Below, piece after piece: positions 12,465-29,470 of a stretch of DNA of 64,000 nucleotides. Location: the NCBI RefSeq assembly GCF_009914755.1, contig NC_060937.1; one strand, 5' to 3'. Position 1 is the first letter of the stretch. The number at the start of each line of letters is the position of its first letter. The position numbers were made by a program, and so were the translations under genes. This stretch comes from the human T2T-CHM13v2.0 reference genome, Homo sapiens. The notes beneath the pieces are model-generated. The model searched no databases, had not been told where the DNA came from, and saw only the letters and a list, made by a program, of their open reading frames with translations.

Positions 12465-14743
12465 CCTGTTATCTACTCATGCCTATCATTCCAGCAATAC
12501 TCTTCTTTTTCTGCATCTGAAATTTCTTAATTCCTCTACCAGGTTCTTCACATCAAAAAACAAGAAAATAAAGTTATTTCATTTAATGTGAAAAAATTTT
12601 TTCTTTTCTTCAGACACCATATTCTCTTAGTTTTCCTCCAGCCTCCCTAGATAATTATTCTTGTCCTCCTTATCGTCCTTGCCTCCACCCAAAATTTGAA
12701 GTTTCCCAAATTTCTCTACTATTTGAATGTTTACCCTTTGCTGCACACCGATATTTCTTAAATCCAGTTTCATGATTTAGTTATGCTTATAACTGCCACA
12801 CAATTCTTCATATTCAATTTGGATAGTTACTCAGTGTTTGTGTTGAATCATTCTCATCATCCTGGCTTAAATAACAGAGTTTGAGGCTTGAAATTTTTAC
12901 CTTTAAAAAAGTTATACTTATTTCACATAATACACAGAAATAAATTTCCTGAATATTAAAGACATTTTATTATAAAGAACATATTCTGTATAACAATGTC
13001 ATAATTATATTCTTCTCTATCTCAAAACTGTTAAAGTTTCAAAGTTCGCGTATGTCTTTAATACTTACAATGAATTCCCATGATACAAGTTTAGCTCTCA
13101 CTTTCTTGTTCTTTTGGAATTGTTCCTTGAGATTTATCGGGATATATAATTATCCAACTAAAAAAAACTAGGTTTCCTATCAGTCTATCTTCCTATCTAG
13201 TTTAGGATTTTTCCCAGAATTTTTCACTTTTAACCACGCTATTAATGGTTGCATTAAGGTAGGCCTTGATGGTTTCTGCACTTCCAGACTCTCCCTTGAT
13301 TTCCTCTCATAGCACATGAGACATCTGTGTGGGCACAGCAAGAAGGGTTCTCACTGTAACAGAAGCTTGTATCTGAACAACGTCCAGTAACATAACCAAT
13401 CTTATTCTTAATCCTCTCTGGATGCACACAACACAGCCAACAGTTTCCTTTCTGTGGAAGTAGGCATACAAATATAAGCTATTTTTAAAACTATTTTATA
13501 ATTTGCTTTAGAACAATTTAGAGCTACCGATACAATAAAAATAAATTATTAGCTAATAATAAATATTTCAAAAAGTATATAAGTATGTTTAGCACTCCCC
13601 TTTTCCCCTCAAAGTTGCTCGGGTTTAGACAATAAATTCTATAGCCACACTACTATTTAGTCACCATTTTAAAGATCAGACTTGCCGGCACTTCCTCGCC
13701 TCCTTAAAGTTGCTTGGAAAATAACATCTTTGTAGTTCCCATGGAACCAGGTATAGAGGCCATATGTTGAGCATGTATGGGAGTAAGAGCCACTGAATAT
13801 GGGTGTCTGGGAGAAGACATGGAGCAGAGCTTCCCACCAGCCTGGATCCCTCAGCTGCACACTGTTACTGAAGAGAGAAATAAAGTGCTTTTATTAAGAC
13901 ATTATATTTTGGTGTCTTGTTGCTACAAAAGCTTAGTCTGTCTCCAAAGTAATATATTCCCTAAATAATAAAGATTAAAATTTATTTGCAGGGCTCCACA
14001 TTTAGGCAGCAATGGGAGAATCTTACTGAAACCTGACCAGCCATGACTAAGGACCATTTTTCCTTCTCAAACTAGGGCCAGAATGCAAAGGGTTATGGGT
14101 GAAAGAGCTCTTGGCTGCTATCAGAACCAAAAAAGAGCAACTTCTGATGAAGGGCACAGTGAGAAAGAAAATCACACATAAATGCAAACCCTCCTGCAAG
14201 TTTCCTCATGCTGCTGGGCAGAGTCTGGAGACCTGAACAGGGTGGTGGCTGCAGGAAGCCACCTGCTCTCATCTGAGGGTGTGGCCAGGCAGGACCTGGG
14301 ACAGAAGGGGCGGCCCAGGGATGCCACAGTGCCTCCACAGAAGGCCAGGACCGAGCCACAAGCCTGCCTCATGGTCCAGCTGCCACGGCCCTGAGGGGTC
14401 CTAAGTGGACCCAGAGCCCACTCACACCCATTCCTCAGCTGGTGACAGAGCCAGGGCCCCACATTCCCAATGGAGGCAAGTGTGAAGAGTGGAGCAGGTG
14501 TGATTGATACCTGCACCGAGGCCGCGCACACTCACCCCTCTCAACCCGCAGCCCACTGTTCATTCTACAACAAGGGACAGTCCAATCAGAAAGAGAGGCC
14601 CAGCCTGTTCAATCCAGCCCTACGTTATACAGATGGGGAAACTGAGGGCCAGGAGGCTGAGTCCCAAGAGGAACTGTTCAGGCAACAGGAAGGCGACACT
14701 CACACCCAGACAGTCAGCCCTGAGCCAAGTCTGGCCTCCCTCA

Positions 14744-14983
<240 letters not shown>

Positions 14984-15364
14984 TCAGGCTTCCCCACTGG
15001 GCCCTGCATAGCTGAAGTGGACCAGGGGACAACCGCCCTGGGAGGCTGCAGGGCTCGGGGCCCACGAGAGCTCTGTCAGTGCCTGAGAAGAGAAGGAAGC
15101 AGGATTTTAAGCAACCCCAACCCCACCAAGGGCGACTATGACTGTCCAGCAGCCAGGTCCCTAGAGGGGCCAGCCTGCACGACCCCAGAGCCCATCTCCT
15201 CCTTCCCTCCACATCACGAAGAGGCCCACCAAGACTGACGGTCATGTCCAGGTCACCCACAGGCAGGATGAGCCAGTGCTCGGCCCAAGGTGTCCAGCAC
15301 CGACCCCGCTAGAGGGAGGACGCTGCCCCACAGAACCTGAGGGCAGACAGCAAGGCAGGCACTA

Positions 15365-15454
<90 letters not shown>

Positions 15455-16617
15455 TCAGAGAGAGGCAGGAGTGGCTGGCACCCGACCTCGCTCCCATGAA
15501 CGGGCTTCTCATGGCTCCAGATCCGAGAGCGGCAGAGACCAGCACAGGCCTTCCCCAGCCCAGCCCAGGCTCCAGCTCCTGCCCGCCTGTGCCTTGGTGC
15601 CCTGTCCACCTCTGCAGCTTCACCAGCAGCCTGGGGCCTCCCTGGGAGAAGCTCTCTGGCCCTGGCACCACCCCAGCCTCCATGGAAGGGGGTTGGGGTA
15701 GAGGCTGCATCTGAGGCGGCACAGACTAGTCAGTCCAGCCCTGCACCACACAGACAGGGAAGCCGAGGCCCAGAGCTGAGGAGACTCGCTCGGGCCACAT
15801 GAGCGCAGTACTGAGAGAGAGGAAGCCCCAGCCTGTGTCCAGCTACCCGGCCTCCCAACCACACTCAGGGGCAGGAGACAAGGCCGGGGCAGCTGCATCG
15901 CCCCCAGAGCTGGGACTGGACCCCGGGTCATCCTCGGAGACGGAGCCTGGGCCAGATCCTGGGAAATCCACAGCTCTTTCCTAAATAGCTGTGACTGTGA
16001 GGAAGCCAACGGAGGGAGGAGGGACCCAGAGATTACAGAAGATTCTGAAGCTTATAAATCATTAAAATGTGAAGCCCTCTGTTTGATACTTATTTAAAAT
16101 GAAGGAAAAAAACCCTATAAAACAATGTGAAAATCTAAACACCAACAGACTATTTGACGATACTAGCGAATTGCTGTTAATTGTTCATTTTTTGAGGTGT
16201 GAGAACAGTATTGTAGCTGTGTTACCTTAGAAGGAAAGGAAGCCCTTCAGAAATAGTGGAATATTTAATGAAACAGCGGGATATCTAGGATTTGTTCTAA
16301 CATCATCTAGGGGCACACAGCGGCTCATGATGGGCTTTCTCCTTCAGCAAAGACTCAAAATGTCCCCTAATATTGCCTTAATTAGCAGCCAGTGCCTTCC
16401 TCCCTCACTGGCTCTGATGCCGTGGCTGCTGTCCCCACACAAGGCTCTCTGAGCTGGGTCTCCAGCCATGGGCTCAGTCACAGTGAGCCCAGCCAGGCTG
16501 TGAAAGGGGCTGACTGGCTGTGCAGCTCCAAGGTGGCCTCGGTGGTGAGGAGTGCCCATGCTGACCAGACAGCTCCACTGCGGGCCCCTCTGCAGGGACT
16601 GGGCCGGGGTGGCGTTA

Positions 16618-16916
<299 letters not shown>

Positions 16917-17908
16917 CTGCCAAGAGAGCCTGTTGGCAGAGCCACCCATGCCAGGACATAGGGTGGGAGTGCAAGTGATAGGCCCTAATGTGAAAAGTAC
17001 CCTACCCAGGTCCATGACTCCTGCCTGCACCACTGAGGGCACAGGTGCTTTGCAATTCAGAAGTGTGCGTGTTAGGAAGGTTCTGGGTATCTGCGCCCCC
17101 AGCATAGTCAAGAGCTAAAGCCCATAATCCCACATTACATAGTTTTGAGGCACTACAAACGGTGTGGGTGCCCAGGTTGCAAATAAAGCTGTAACTGGCT
17201 GTCAGAAGCATTCCAGGTAGCTCCACTCTTGAGAGCCACTTGGATCCCAGGCTGGGTCAAATGATGCCACTGTGTCCCAGGCAGTCTTATGCCAGGCCCC
17301 AGGAGGGGTTCTGCACTGGGAGCAGCGAGACCCCTGTCCTACTGCAGCAAAGCCAAGGCAGGTTCCGAGGATGCCCCAGTAACTTGCTCAAGGCCTCCCA
17401 GAGGTGGGATCAGCACGCGCACCCGCCCCCAGCTCCAGCTCCAGCGTGTCTGGAGAAGCTCAGTTAGCAGCTAGGGAAGCCCAAGCTTAGGGTTTCCTTT
17501 GTTTCTGTTGCTATTTACATCTTATTTTTCTTCTGGCTTCCCTCTCTTGGCCTTGATGATGAGGATCCTAGCCTTCCCTATCCACTCAGATGCCCCCATC
17601 CTGCCCACTGGCTCCTGTGCAAGGCCCTGGCTACGGCTGGCCCCTCTTCCAGGATGTCTCCGCAACACCCACCTTTCTCCTCTAAGTGCACGGTCACCTA
17701 GCACCCTCACCCAAATGAGCCTGAATCCCATTAGAAAAAGGAGACACTCGTGCAGTTCTCTGATCCCACATGCACCCCTGCCCCTCCACCCAGCGATGTC
17801 TCCATGGCCTTCTGTTCCAGGGATGGATGGTCTGGGGCCCACTGGGGAGTGGCATCTTGGCCACAGTCAGGGCTCCCAGGGACTGCAGACGATCTTGCAG
17901 ATGGGTCA

Positions 17909-18268
<360 letters not shown>

Positions 18269-18674
18269 TCACAGAGGAGCACGCAGGATCACAGAGGGCA
18301 AAACGAGCCCAGGCGCTGGCTGTGGCCCTGGCGGGAGACTGGATCTGATGCTGGCCTCCACCCCCAGAAGACAATGAGAAGGCCCCAAAATCATCCACCC
18401 GAGAGGGAAACTCCTTTCCCGGGAACTGGAAAGTCTTTCCAGATTGGCCACGTGCATGTGACTGTAACGTGCGGGGCTGGAGCATAGATATCATTTCTCA
18501 CACTCAGCCCAGGTGCCTCTGGTGTCACCTGGGTAACAGCCACTGCTCTTCAGAGCTGACAACAGGGCACCCGCGACCCCTGAGGTCACTGTCAAATCCA
18601 GCCAACTCACATCCAGGGAAGATAAGGAAATGCAAAGGCAGCCTGCGATTCACAACAGCCACCCATACAGGATC

Positions 18675-19350
18675 TCGTGTGTGAGTGTAGGTGTCTACAT
18701 GGGTGTGTGCAAGTGTCGGTAACTGTGCCAGGGATGAGGGTGTTGGGAGTGTGAGTGTGTCAGTGAGTCAGTGTCTCAGTGCATCAAGGATGTGTGTCAT
18801 AAGCATGTCATGAGTCTGAGTGTGTCAGTCCTATGTATCGAGTGTGTCCACAGGTGTATCCGTGAATGTCCATGAGTGTATCACATGTCCATGTCATGTG
18901 AGCGAGTGTGTCGGTGTGTTGTCACAAGTGTGTTGGCGAGTGTTTCCATGAATGTCAGTGTACCGTGTTGGTGAGTGCTGTGTGTCATGAGTGTGTTCAT
19001 GTGTCCGCTGTGTCGTATCTATGAATGTGGCATGAGTGTGTCCATGGGTGAGTGTTGTGAATGTGTCATGTCCTGGTGAGTGTGTCCATGAGTGTGAGTG
19101 CACCACGTGTCTGAGTAGGTATGAGTGTGTCATGACTGTGTGTGATGTATCTATGAGTGAGCATGTCATGTGTGTCCACAAGCGAATGTAAGTGTCATGA
19201 ATGTGTCATGTGTTGGAGTGTAGATGAGTCAGTGTGTCATGAGCGTGTCTACAAGTTGGTGTCATGAGTGGAGTGTGTTCATGAGTAAGCGTGGATGTTG
19301 TGTCCTAAGTGGGTGTGTGATAGATGTGTCTGCATCATGAGTGTGTGCAT
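18675..19350. repeat. Degenerate (TG)-rich low-complexity repeat (GTGTCATGA-like units)
   Basis: Direct inspection; lies in the intron between pseudo-exons 5 and 6. Confidence 0.9.
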
Positions 19351-19700
19351 TCTGGGAAAAACCACACACCATTACCAATGGTTCTCTCCGAGGAGTGGGA
19401 TGGGGGTGGCCAAGGTCAGAGGCAGCTTTGCCTTTTTGCTCCTTATTTTTGTTTGAATTGTTCACAACGTGTCACCTTCATACATTAAAAGAAAAACAGC
19501 TGTGGGCCAGTCTTTAAGAAAAAGGAAGAAAACAGGAAAAAAATTTAAGAGAGAGAGAGAAACAGGAAAAATCAGTGCGTGCCGTGTGCAGTATTCCAGA
19601 CTATGAGACCTTCGTCCTGTGCTTCTCAGGCGACTGCCAAGGACAGCACAGAGCCCCTGCCCCAACCCCATCCCCCACACCCCCATGGTGTCGGCGCTCA

Positions 19701-20008
<308 letters not shown>

Positions 20009-20142
20009 GGGCTGCATGCTGAGGCTCTGGGTGCCAACGTCCAGCTTCACCCACCTGCTTTTCTCTTGGCTCAGTGAAGTGCCCCGACCACTCTTCCTCT
20101 GACCTGGTGATGCTGCGAGGTGGCCAGGTGACAGGCCTCAGC

Positions 20143-20270
20143 GAGGGTGGCCAGATTAGCAAATGAAAACACAGGACGCCTGGCCTGCCTGAATTTCAGA
20201 TGAACAACAAATACGTTTTGGTGTATGTTCCAAGTAGTTCATGAGACCTACCTACATTTTAAAAATTAAG
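20143..20270. mobile_element. hAT-Charlie DNA transposon fragment (MER3/MER33-like)
   Basis: agggtggccagattagcaaatgaaaacacaggacgcc...gaatttcagatgaacaac resembles the MER3 terminus. Confidence 0.6.
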
Positions 20271-20279
20271 CTATCAAAA

Positions 20280-21540
<1,261 letters not shown>

Positions 21541-23042
21541 AAGAAAGACAAAGAAGCAATACAAACTATGAACCATCTCCCTGCTTCTTCAGGAACAGTT
21601 GCGGAGGGAACAGGGCCAGGGGACAAACCAGGCCCTGTCTGCATAATTAGATGACCTCAGGGCCTTGGTGGCAGAGCTGGCCCCACCTCTCAGAGATGTG
21701 GGAGGGAGGAAATTAGCTCCCACATCAGAAGAGCTTAGAAAAATGCCTGACACTGAGCAGGCCCTCACCTATATTAGCTGTTGTCCTGCGTGCACCATGC
21801 CTGGGGCTGGGAAGGTGACAAAAAGCACTGGCCCAGCAAGTGTGAACATTACGGCTGCGGTACACAAGGCTGCCAGACCAGCATCGTGCAGTAAGCCCAC
21901 CAGATGGCCATGGCCCTCTCTCTACTCAGGCAAACCTGCAGCAAAGCCGAGCACAGGCAAGACAAGGGGTTGGATCCTGGCTCAGGGCAGGGTCAGCCAC
22001 AGAGCTACTGCCACAGCTCAAACCAGGCCCAGCCTGCCCTCCTCCTCAGTGAGAATCCCACAGAATCAGCTCCTTTGCATGGACCCCCAACACCTCCACC
22101 CCAGGTACCGGGATGAGCCTTTTCTAGCCCCTCTTCCTGAAATGCCTGACAGCTCCCACAGTGCTCGCTCTTCCTCCTCACCACAAGTCTGGGAGCCCAG
22201 TCTCAGTGGCCCCAGGGTGGCTGTGTGGCTCGAGAGAAGAGACGTGGTCCCAGGCCCCTGCTGAAATTGAACTTGTTGGCCTCCTGATGCGTGCCCATAT
22301 GTGCCCAAAGGCTTGTACAGATGACCTCATTTCATCTCCAGCACACCCCTCACGAGCGGTGCCCAGAGGAAGAGAGTGAGGCTCAGAGTGGTGGGGGTAG
22401 TCATCTCGGAGCCCCAGCACCAAGAAGCCAGTGTGCCTGCTTGCCCAGCTCCTGTCCTGGGCATTTCCCTGTTCAGTGTTTTCCCTCCCCGTGCCGGCCA
22501 TCCATGCATCCCTCATGAGCACCTTGAAGCCCTGCAACCATGCACGGCCTCCATGCTTGGGCGTGTGACCACTGGCCTATCATGGTCACTGCTAGATGTG
22601 CTGGCCTCTCCCTGCCACTGGCTCTCAAATAGCATCCCCACCGGTGCTTCCTGCACCCACAAGTGCCCACCTGAGCCCAGTAGATCTGGAGCTGCAAGGG
22701 GACATAAAATGGGCACTGCTGATGGCGATGGCACTGGCTAGAACCCAGATGGAATCCAGACGAGGAGGAGACTTCTGGTGCCATGGGGGCAGGTCAGTAC
22801 AGATGAGGAAGGCCAGGCATCCGGCCAAGTGCCTGGCCAGGCAGCCAGGATGGTGACATATGCCCCAACACCAGGGACTCCCGGGCATGGTGGTGTCATG
22901 TAGCACCCACAGGAATGCAATTCATAGCTGCCAGAATCAAAGGGTCTCCCAGACCAGCCCCCACTTTGCAGCCAGAGTATCTGGGAGGGCAAGGGACCTG
23001 CCAGGTCACATGTCATCTCAGTGGGACACAGGGTCTGATCTA

Positions 23043-23375
<333 letters not shown>

Positions 23376-26300
23376 TCAGAGACCACGTCAGGACTGAGGC
23401 CTCCTGCACCAGAACAAGTGTGGACAGGGCCTCAGTGCTGGAGAGGCGAGCCTGGGTCTGGCCACCCACCTCCACAGTCACAGGAGGAGGCCTGGCTGCG
23501 GTGCCGCATCTGGGACCATAGGGCAGCCAGGGCAGATGCAGTGCTGAATCCAGAACCCCACGTGTCAGATGGAGACGCTGAGCCTGTCCACCCCACGTAC
23601 TTCCTCACACTGCCCAGGTCACACCTTCTCCTGGGGCACCAGGTACGGACATCTTAGACTTTTTACATGTGCATGTGAGCACATGTGCACACATCTCTAG
23701 TGGACTATGTGCCCATGCAACAATGCATGCACACACATGCATGCACACACATATGTACATACACGTGCACACACCCCTACTGGACTTCAAGTACCTGGGG
23801 GAGGGACGCAATCTCCTCTCCACACTGCTATGTCCCTAGCTCCCAGCCTTGTATTCGACCAGGCAGAGAAGAGCAGCTGGGATAAGGGAGGCCACTGGGG
23901 CACGCAGATGCCTCCTTGGGGGCTGCTTCGCTGAGTCTGACACAGGCTGACCCTTGAGCATAAAGGGACTGAATTCAAGAGCAGAGCCAGGCAGGGCCCG
24001 TATGGTGCCCATCCTTCACAGACGAAGGCGGGGTCGGGGAGTGCAGAGGACAGGGGCCTCAGAAGACCATGTCACCCTCCTGAGTCTCAGTGGTTGTGGG
24101 GACAAAGGAAGCTGACAGCCACCTAGTGACAATGCCTGTCTCTGAGCAGGATCTGCTACCAACACGAAGGAGCAGGGCTGGGTGGAGCTGGGACCTTTTA
24201 TTTGCAAAGAATCTTCGCATTATGTTCAATCTTCTTGCCCGCAATTCAAGTGGACGTTATGGAAATTTGGCAAAATCCGAGAGTCAAGGCCAGAAACCAG
24301 GACTTCTGAGGGAAGCATGGGGCACCACAGATGAGCAATAAAAGGAGTTCAAATCTGTCTTTCCCAATCCTCTTCTAGCTGTGTGACCTTGAGCAAATTA
24401 CCTGACATCTCTGTACCTCATCTTTACTAGAAACGCTCGCACGGCCTTGTGGGGTGGCTGTGGGATGTAAGTTGGCACATGCACACTGTCTGCGCCAGAC
24501 TCCTCTGGGCCTTTCCTCAGGGCAAAGCCACCTGGTGTGGCAGGTGCTTGTTCATGGGCAGAACATGCTCACAAGCTGGCTTGGTGCTCCTAACAGACCC
24601 TGGGCTCATCCCTGTGTGCCCCCTGCACCCAGTACTGGGCCCAGCACACAGTGGGCACACAGGGGGAGTGTCCGCGGGCAGATGAAGCCTCCCATCCTTG
24701 TCACACTGGCTGCTTGGCTTCAGAGCATCTTGGAAGAAGTGGATGCATCTGCCTTCGTAACTATCAACAGGGAAGGCCCAGTTCAGCCCATGCTCCTGCC
24801 CTCTTGCTGCCAGCCTGAGCCAGGCAATGCCAGGGCCACAGATAACTCCAAGCTGCCCTCCTGTTGCAGTTTGCAAGCACTCACTGAATAGCTTGGCTCC
24901 GTGCAAGGCTGGGGACGCTGGAGCAGGTGTCACCTAAGTGACAGATGCTTGGGAGTCCCTGCTTCTTAGGAGCTGAGATGGGCAGGGAGCCAAGGCAGGC
25001 CCTAGAAGTGTGTGTGTTGAGATGTTTGGCCCAGAGGGTAAAGGAGTTGGAAAAAAGACACCCCCAATGACAGCCCAGACCCTCCTGACCCCCGCAACAA
25101 TCCTAAGCCTTGGTGACTGTGAATACCATCACCCTCCTGCTGGGCCTGCTGCTACCCGGGGGAGTGGATATCCAGGGAGTGAGGGGCTTCAGAGTTCACA
25201 AAGTGCCTTCCCTGCCTCGGAGGGCCTCGTGGAAATGGAGGCAGTTACGTGCACTCCGTGGGTGAGCCAAGTAGGACCCAGGGAGGAAACTTCCAGAGCT
25301 GAGCTTTCTGCACCAAGCAGAGCTCCCTGCCTGCCCTCAGGTCATCACCGGCGAGGAGCACCAAGTGTGGGCAGGGCTCCAAGGAGGGGCTGCAATGAAG
25401 GCCCAGGACGGTGGCAACTCAGGCAGGGGCATGAGGCAGCCCTGAGGTCATGCAGCAGAAGTGACACTGCAGCTGGGAGAGGCCTCGGTGCTGGCTGAAG
25501 AGGCCAAGGAAAAGGAGGCAGCCCACAGAGACAGGGTGCCACGGAGGGGAGCCCGCAGGGGCCCAGCACTGCCGGCAGGGTGGGGGCGTCCTCCGCGTCA
25601 CCTGTCTGCATGGTTACTATGTCATCAATCGCACTCCTGTCCGAGGATGCTCAATGAGGCCAGGGTCCCCCGGCTACACCTGTGTTCCTCTTCTCTCGTG
25701 GGGCGGGGTCCTCACTTCATGGATGAAGCAACTGAGGCCAGAGACGTGGGGCTGTGCCAAGGTCGCCAGCAAAGGTACACAGGAGCAAGGAGGTCGAATG
25801 CCCTTCCAGCTACACTGGCACAGGGCACCCTGTCCCAGAGCCACATGGGGAGCATGATGACAGCATCCCTGTGATGGCATACCCACGGAGATGGCCGCTG
25901 AGCAGTCACCCCAACTCCACAGAGCGGGACGGGATGAGAAAAGTCAGTTCAATAAGATGAGTGACTGTGTATACGTCAGAAGCTGCAGCTCAGGGCTGCT
26001 TCTAACTGCTATGCAGCTTCCTCATCAGATGGGGACGCCTTCCCGAGTTCCTGGCCAGGTACCCTGGGCCACCCTGTACCAAATCAGTGTCAGTCAGGTA
26101 AACCTATGGGCCTATGGCCCCTGCCACAGGCCATGGCCAAAATCAGCTCAAGGGACATGTTGGGACAGCACAGGGAGGGACCCTGCAATCCTCACCACCG
26201 TGGCTTTCAAAAAGAGGGGTGAAGCTTGAGAACCAGGCCTCAGGCACAGCTAACTCTGGGAACCCTGAGCAGCCCCCATCCCCACCCGCAGGCCAGGGTG

Positions 26301-26679
26301 GCAGGGGCAGGACAGGTGGAGGCAGGCTCAAGGCCTCCAGAGGTTCCTAGTGCTGGCTCAGAGCTTCTCCAGGGACACGGAGAGGTCCTCTTGTCCCCAG
26401 GGTGCCTTGGCGTGCAAGGCGTGGCTGCAGTCAATGCAAACACCAAATGGGGCATCGCAGACAGGCTCTGGGCACAGTGCACATTCACTTCAAATCTCAA
26501 CATGCACACTGGTGGAAGGTGCTAGAACCGTGTACCTTTGTCCCCGATGGAGCACACAGCCCTCAATAACGACTAAAAATCTGCCTCACGGAATTTATAT
26601 AACACACTCAGCACGTAGGCATGTGCATGCAGATACACGTGCATGCACACACATACACACATACACACGCACACAGCTG

Positions 26680-27030
26680 AGAACTGAATATCTGTCCCGC
26701 CAAAATTTATCTGTTGAAATCATGACACCTAAGGTGACGGTTTTAGGAGGTGGGGCGTTTGGGAGGTAATGAGGTCCTGAAGGTGAAGTCTTCATTAATG
26801 GAATTAGTGTCCTTATAAAAGAGACCCCAAAGAGCTGCCTCCTTCCACCATTGTGAGGACACGGCAAGAGGGCATTGTCTATGAACCAGAAGCAGGCCCT
26901 CACCACACAATCAGCCAGCACCTTGATCTTGGACTTCCAGCCTCCAGAACTGTGAGCAATAAATTTTCTATTACTTAAGCCCTCCAGTCTGTAGTATTTT
27001 GTTATGGCAGCCTGAACAGAGTACGACACA
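26680..27030 (+). mobile_element. MaLR LTR (MLT1A-like)
   Basis: ggaggtggggcgtttgggaggtaatgagg...ttgatcttggacttccagcctccagaactgtgagcaataaa...ttgttatggcagcctgaac. Confidence 0.88.
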
Positions 27031-29383
27031 GGCACGCACATACACATGCACAAATATGTAAGCACACGCACATGTGTACAGCCAGGCAGGGGCTGGGGGT
27101 CCCACCGCCTGCAACCTCAGCACTGTCTGCTGGTCTAGAATGTCTCTCCCTGGGCGGTTGGCTATAGAAGACAGAAAGGGGAGCCCGCACTGGGGTTTTA
27201 GCTGCATTCGAGGGCAGGCTGGGACACCACACCCCTGCCTAAACTCCCCACAGGTCCAGGGGCAGGGACTGGGTGAGGCAGGCACACAGGACTCCCATGG
27301 CAGGTGGGCTGTTTCTGGGGATGCCTGGAGACATTAGACAACTCGAAACTGAGTGCTCACCAAGGTGCAAAACCTGCCTAACCCCAGCACTACATCACTG
27401 CTCTACCCCATCCCCAGCTCATGCAAGAGACGCCAAGCAAGGAGCCCTTGAAACCTATGCTGCCTACGAGAAGAGGCCCCTGGCCCAGGAGTTTCCGACA
27501 CTTTCTTCCCCATCAGTGTGAAAGCCTCTTCCCAAGTGACGCGCACGTGTACCTGCTGCGTGAACCACACAAGAGCAGCGCCACCCCAGCATCCTCCCAA
27601 GACCCCACTCGGGGGCCCTGAGCGGGACCTGCCCCCCAGGAAAGCACCTCCTGAGGTGTCCTGGCTCCAACCCTGCTCTGCCCTGACACCCACCCCCAAG
27701 CCAATAGGGGCAGCCCCAGGTCCCCACTGGAAGCTCAGCCCTGCTGTCATAAAGACAGCACAGCCCTGAGCTTTTTGGGTAGGCTCAGTAAGGTGGCAGC
27801 AGCACGAGGATGCCCCACCCTGCCGGGCTGATCCTTCCTACCTTTTATCTGTTTTCAAGCAGTAACCAGATGATGGGTTAATGAGCTTGCCACAGGCAGA
27901 TGCTTTCTGAGCATAAATGCAGCCAACTACTGGGGACCAGGGGTAAGAAGGCAATTTAGGAATCCCTGAATCTCCCCACAGGCAAGCTATCAGCCTGTAA
28001 GTTCAGGAAGAGCTACTAGCTTCTCCTCATCACCCTCTTGCATATTTCATGGTGTCTGCCCGCGTGTTGAGGCTGCGCTGGGGATCAGGTCGAGATCTGT
28101 TCTCGACACATGAAGCCCCCACCATTGTCCAGCAATGGACCGGCATGAAGCGTTCAGGCCTTGGGAGAGGCCAAGAAAGAGCAGCCAGGTCTCCAGAGTA
28201 GTGGGACCCTAACCTGCCCCAGACCCCAGCACCACCAGCTGCCAGGCTAGGCCTCCAAGGCTCCCTCGACCCAGCCTCAGCCCACAGAACAGGGGTGCTG
28301 GGGCCCCTTCCACCCATTGCCTGCATCCTCCCTCCACCCCCACTGGTTCCACAAGACCCATCCCACAGGGATCCTTGAGTCTGGTGCTTCAGCTTGCAAC
28401 TGGGCACTGGGAGGGGGCTCCCTTTGAAGGAGAGTGACTCAGACTGGCTGTAATCTGGAGCCAGATGCATTCCCTGCCCCACTTTGTCCAGGGCTCAGGT
28501 CAGCAGGAATGTGATCAGCTGACCCAGCCACAGCCCACGTCCAGCCTGCAGCTTCTGTGAGCACCCAAGACCCTCCAACGAAGGGGAACCCAGAGGCCAC
28601 ATTAACACACACACACACCCACAACCATGTCATCTGTCCTGTCTATAGGCCACACCCCTCCCAAGTCCTTGAAGACCACCACACAGCTCCCCCTCCACAA
28701 CCAGGGCTGAGGTTTGGAGCTCAAGGCTCACGTAACCTCCAGCTCACCTGGATGAACCTGCATAGTGTGAGGCAAGCCTACACCCCAGAACCCACCACAC
28801 CTGAGAGGACCGAGAAGAATACGGAGCTTCAGCCCTTAGGATATGCAAACAGCAGGTTGTGTGGGAAAGACACAGGCCCTCCAAGCTTCTCTGCAGAGGA
28901 GGAGGTGGGTGAGATGAGGCGGGGCTGAAAGGGAGGAAAGGACAGAGCCCACCCACAATGCACATGCCCAGAAAACACAGACAGGCTGGGCCCCCAGTGT
29001 GGCAGTGGCTGGCTGGGCCGGGCTAGCCTGGGGACCCCTGGAAAACCCCCACATCACCATTTATCCAGGTCCCCAAGTCTGTGTCCCCCTAACTCAGGCT
29101 GGCTTGGCCTCTCCCCTGGCCTCAGAAGGAAGGCCCTTTGGGTCTTGGCGCAGCTGCCTCTGCCAGCGGGAGCTGATCAGGAGGGGCTACAGTGGGCTTA
29201 GTGAGGCTACAGGGGACAGTAAGCTAGGCCGGAAGGGCCCCCAGGCCTAGACACTACTCAGGGCGTTTTGCCCCCAGCAACCCAGGGCCCAGGCTCAGCA
29301 GAGACCTCACCCTCTATGCAGCCCAGGCAGGGTGGATGCTGCTCTCTTCAGCAAGAGGTGGCCGCTTGGGCTGCGGTACTTAC

Positions 29384-29470
29384 AGGTGGACTTCACATGG
29401 GTTTTCTCATAGTTTGGGCAGTGGTATATGCCGATGTCGGGGGCCTCCTCCTCTTCCACTCCCAACACAG
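29384..29470 (-). pseudogene. PHF2: PHF2-derived pseudo-exon 2 (second half of PHD finger) with +1 frameshift
   Basis: cag|CTGTGTTGGGAGTGGAAGAG...AAGTCCACCT|gtaag. After removing one extra base near 29460 it reads [28 protein letters not shown], versus PHF2 [28 protein letters not shown]. Confidence 0.92.

Noticed and set aside
29384-29470. Compensation: the +1 insertion makes exon 2 87 bp, which would restore frame when spliced directly to exon 4
   Set aside because: The shifted frame hits TGA inside exon 2 (AAA CTA TGA), so no read-through protein results.
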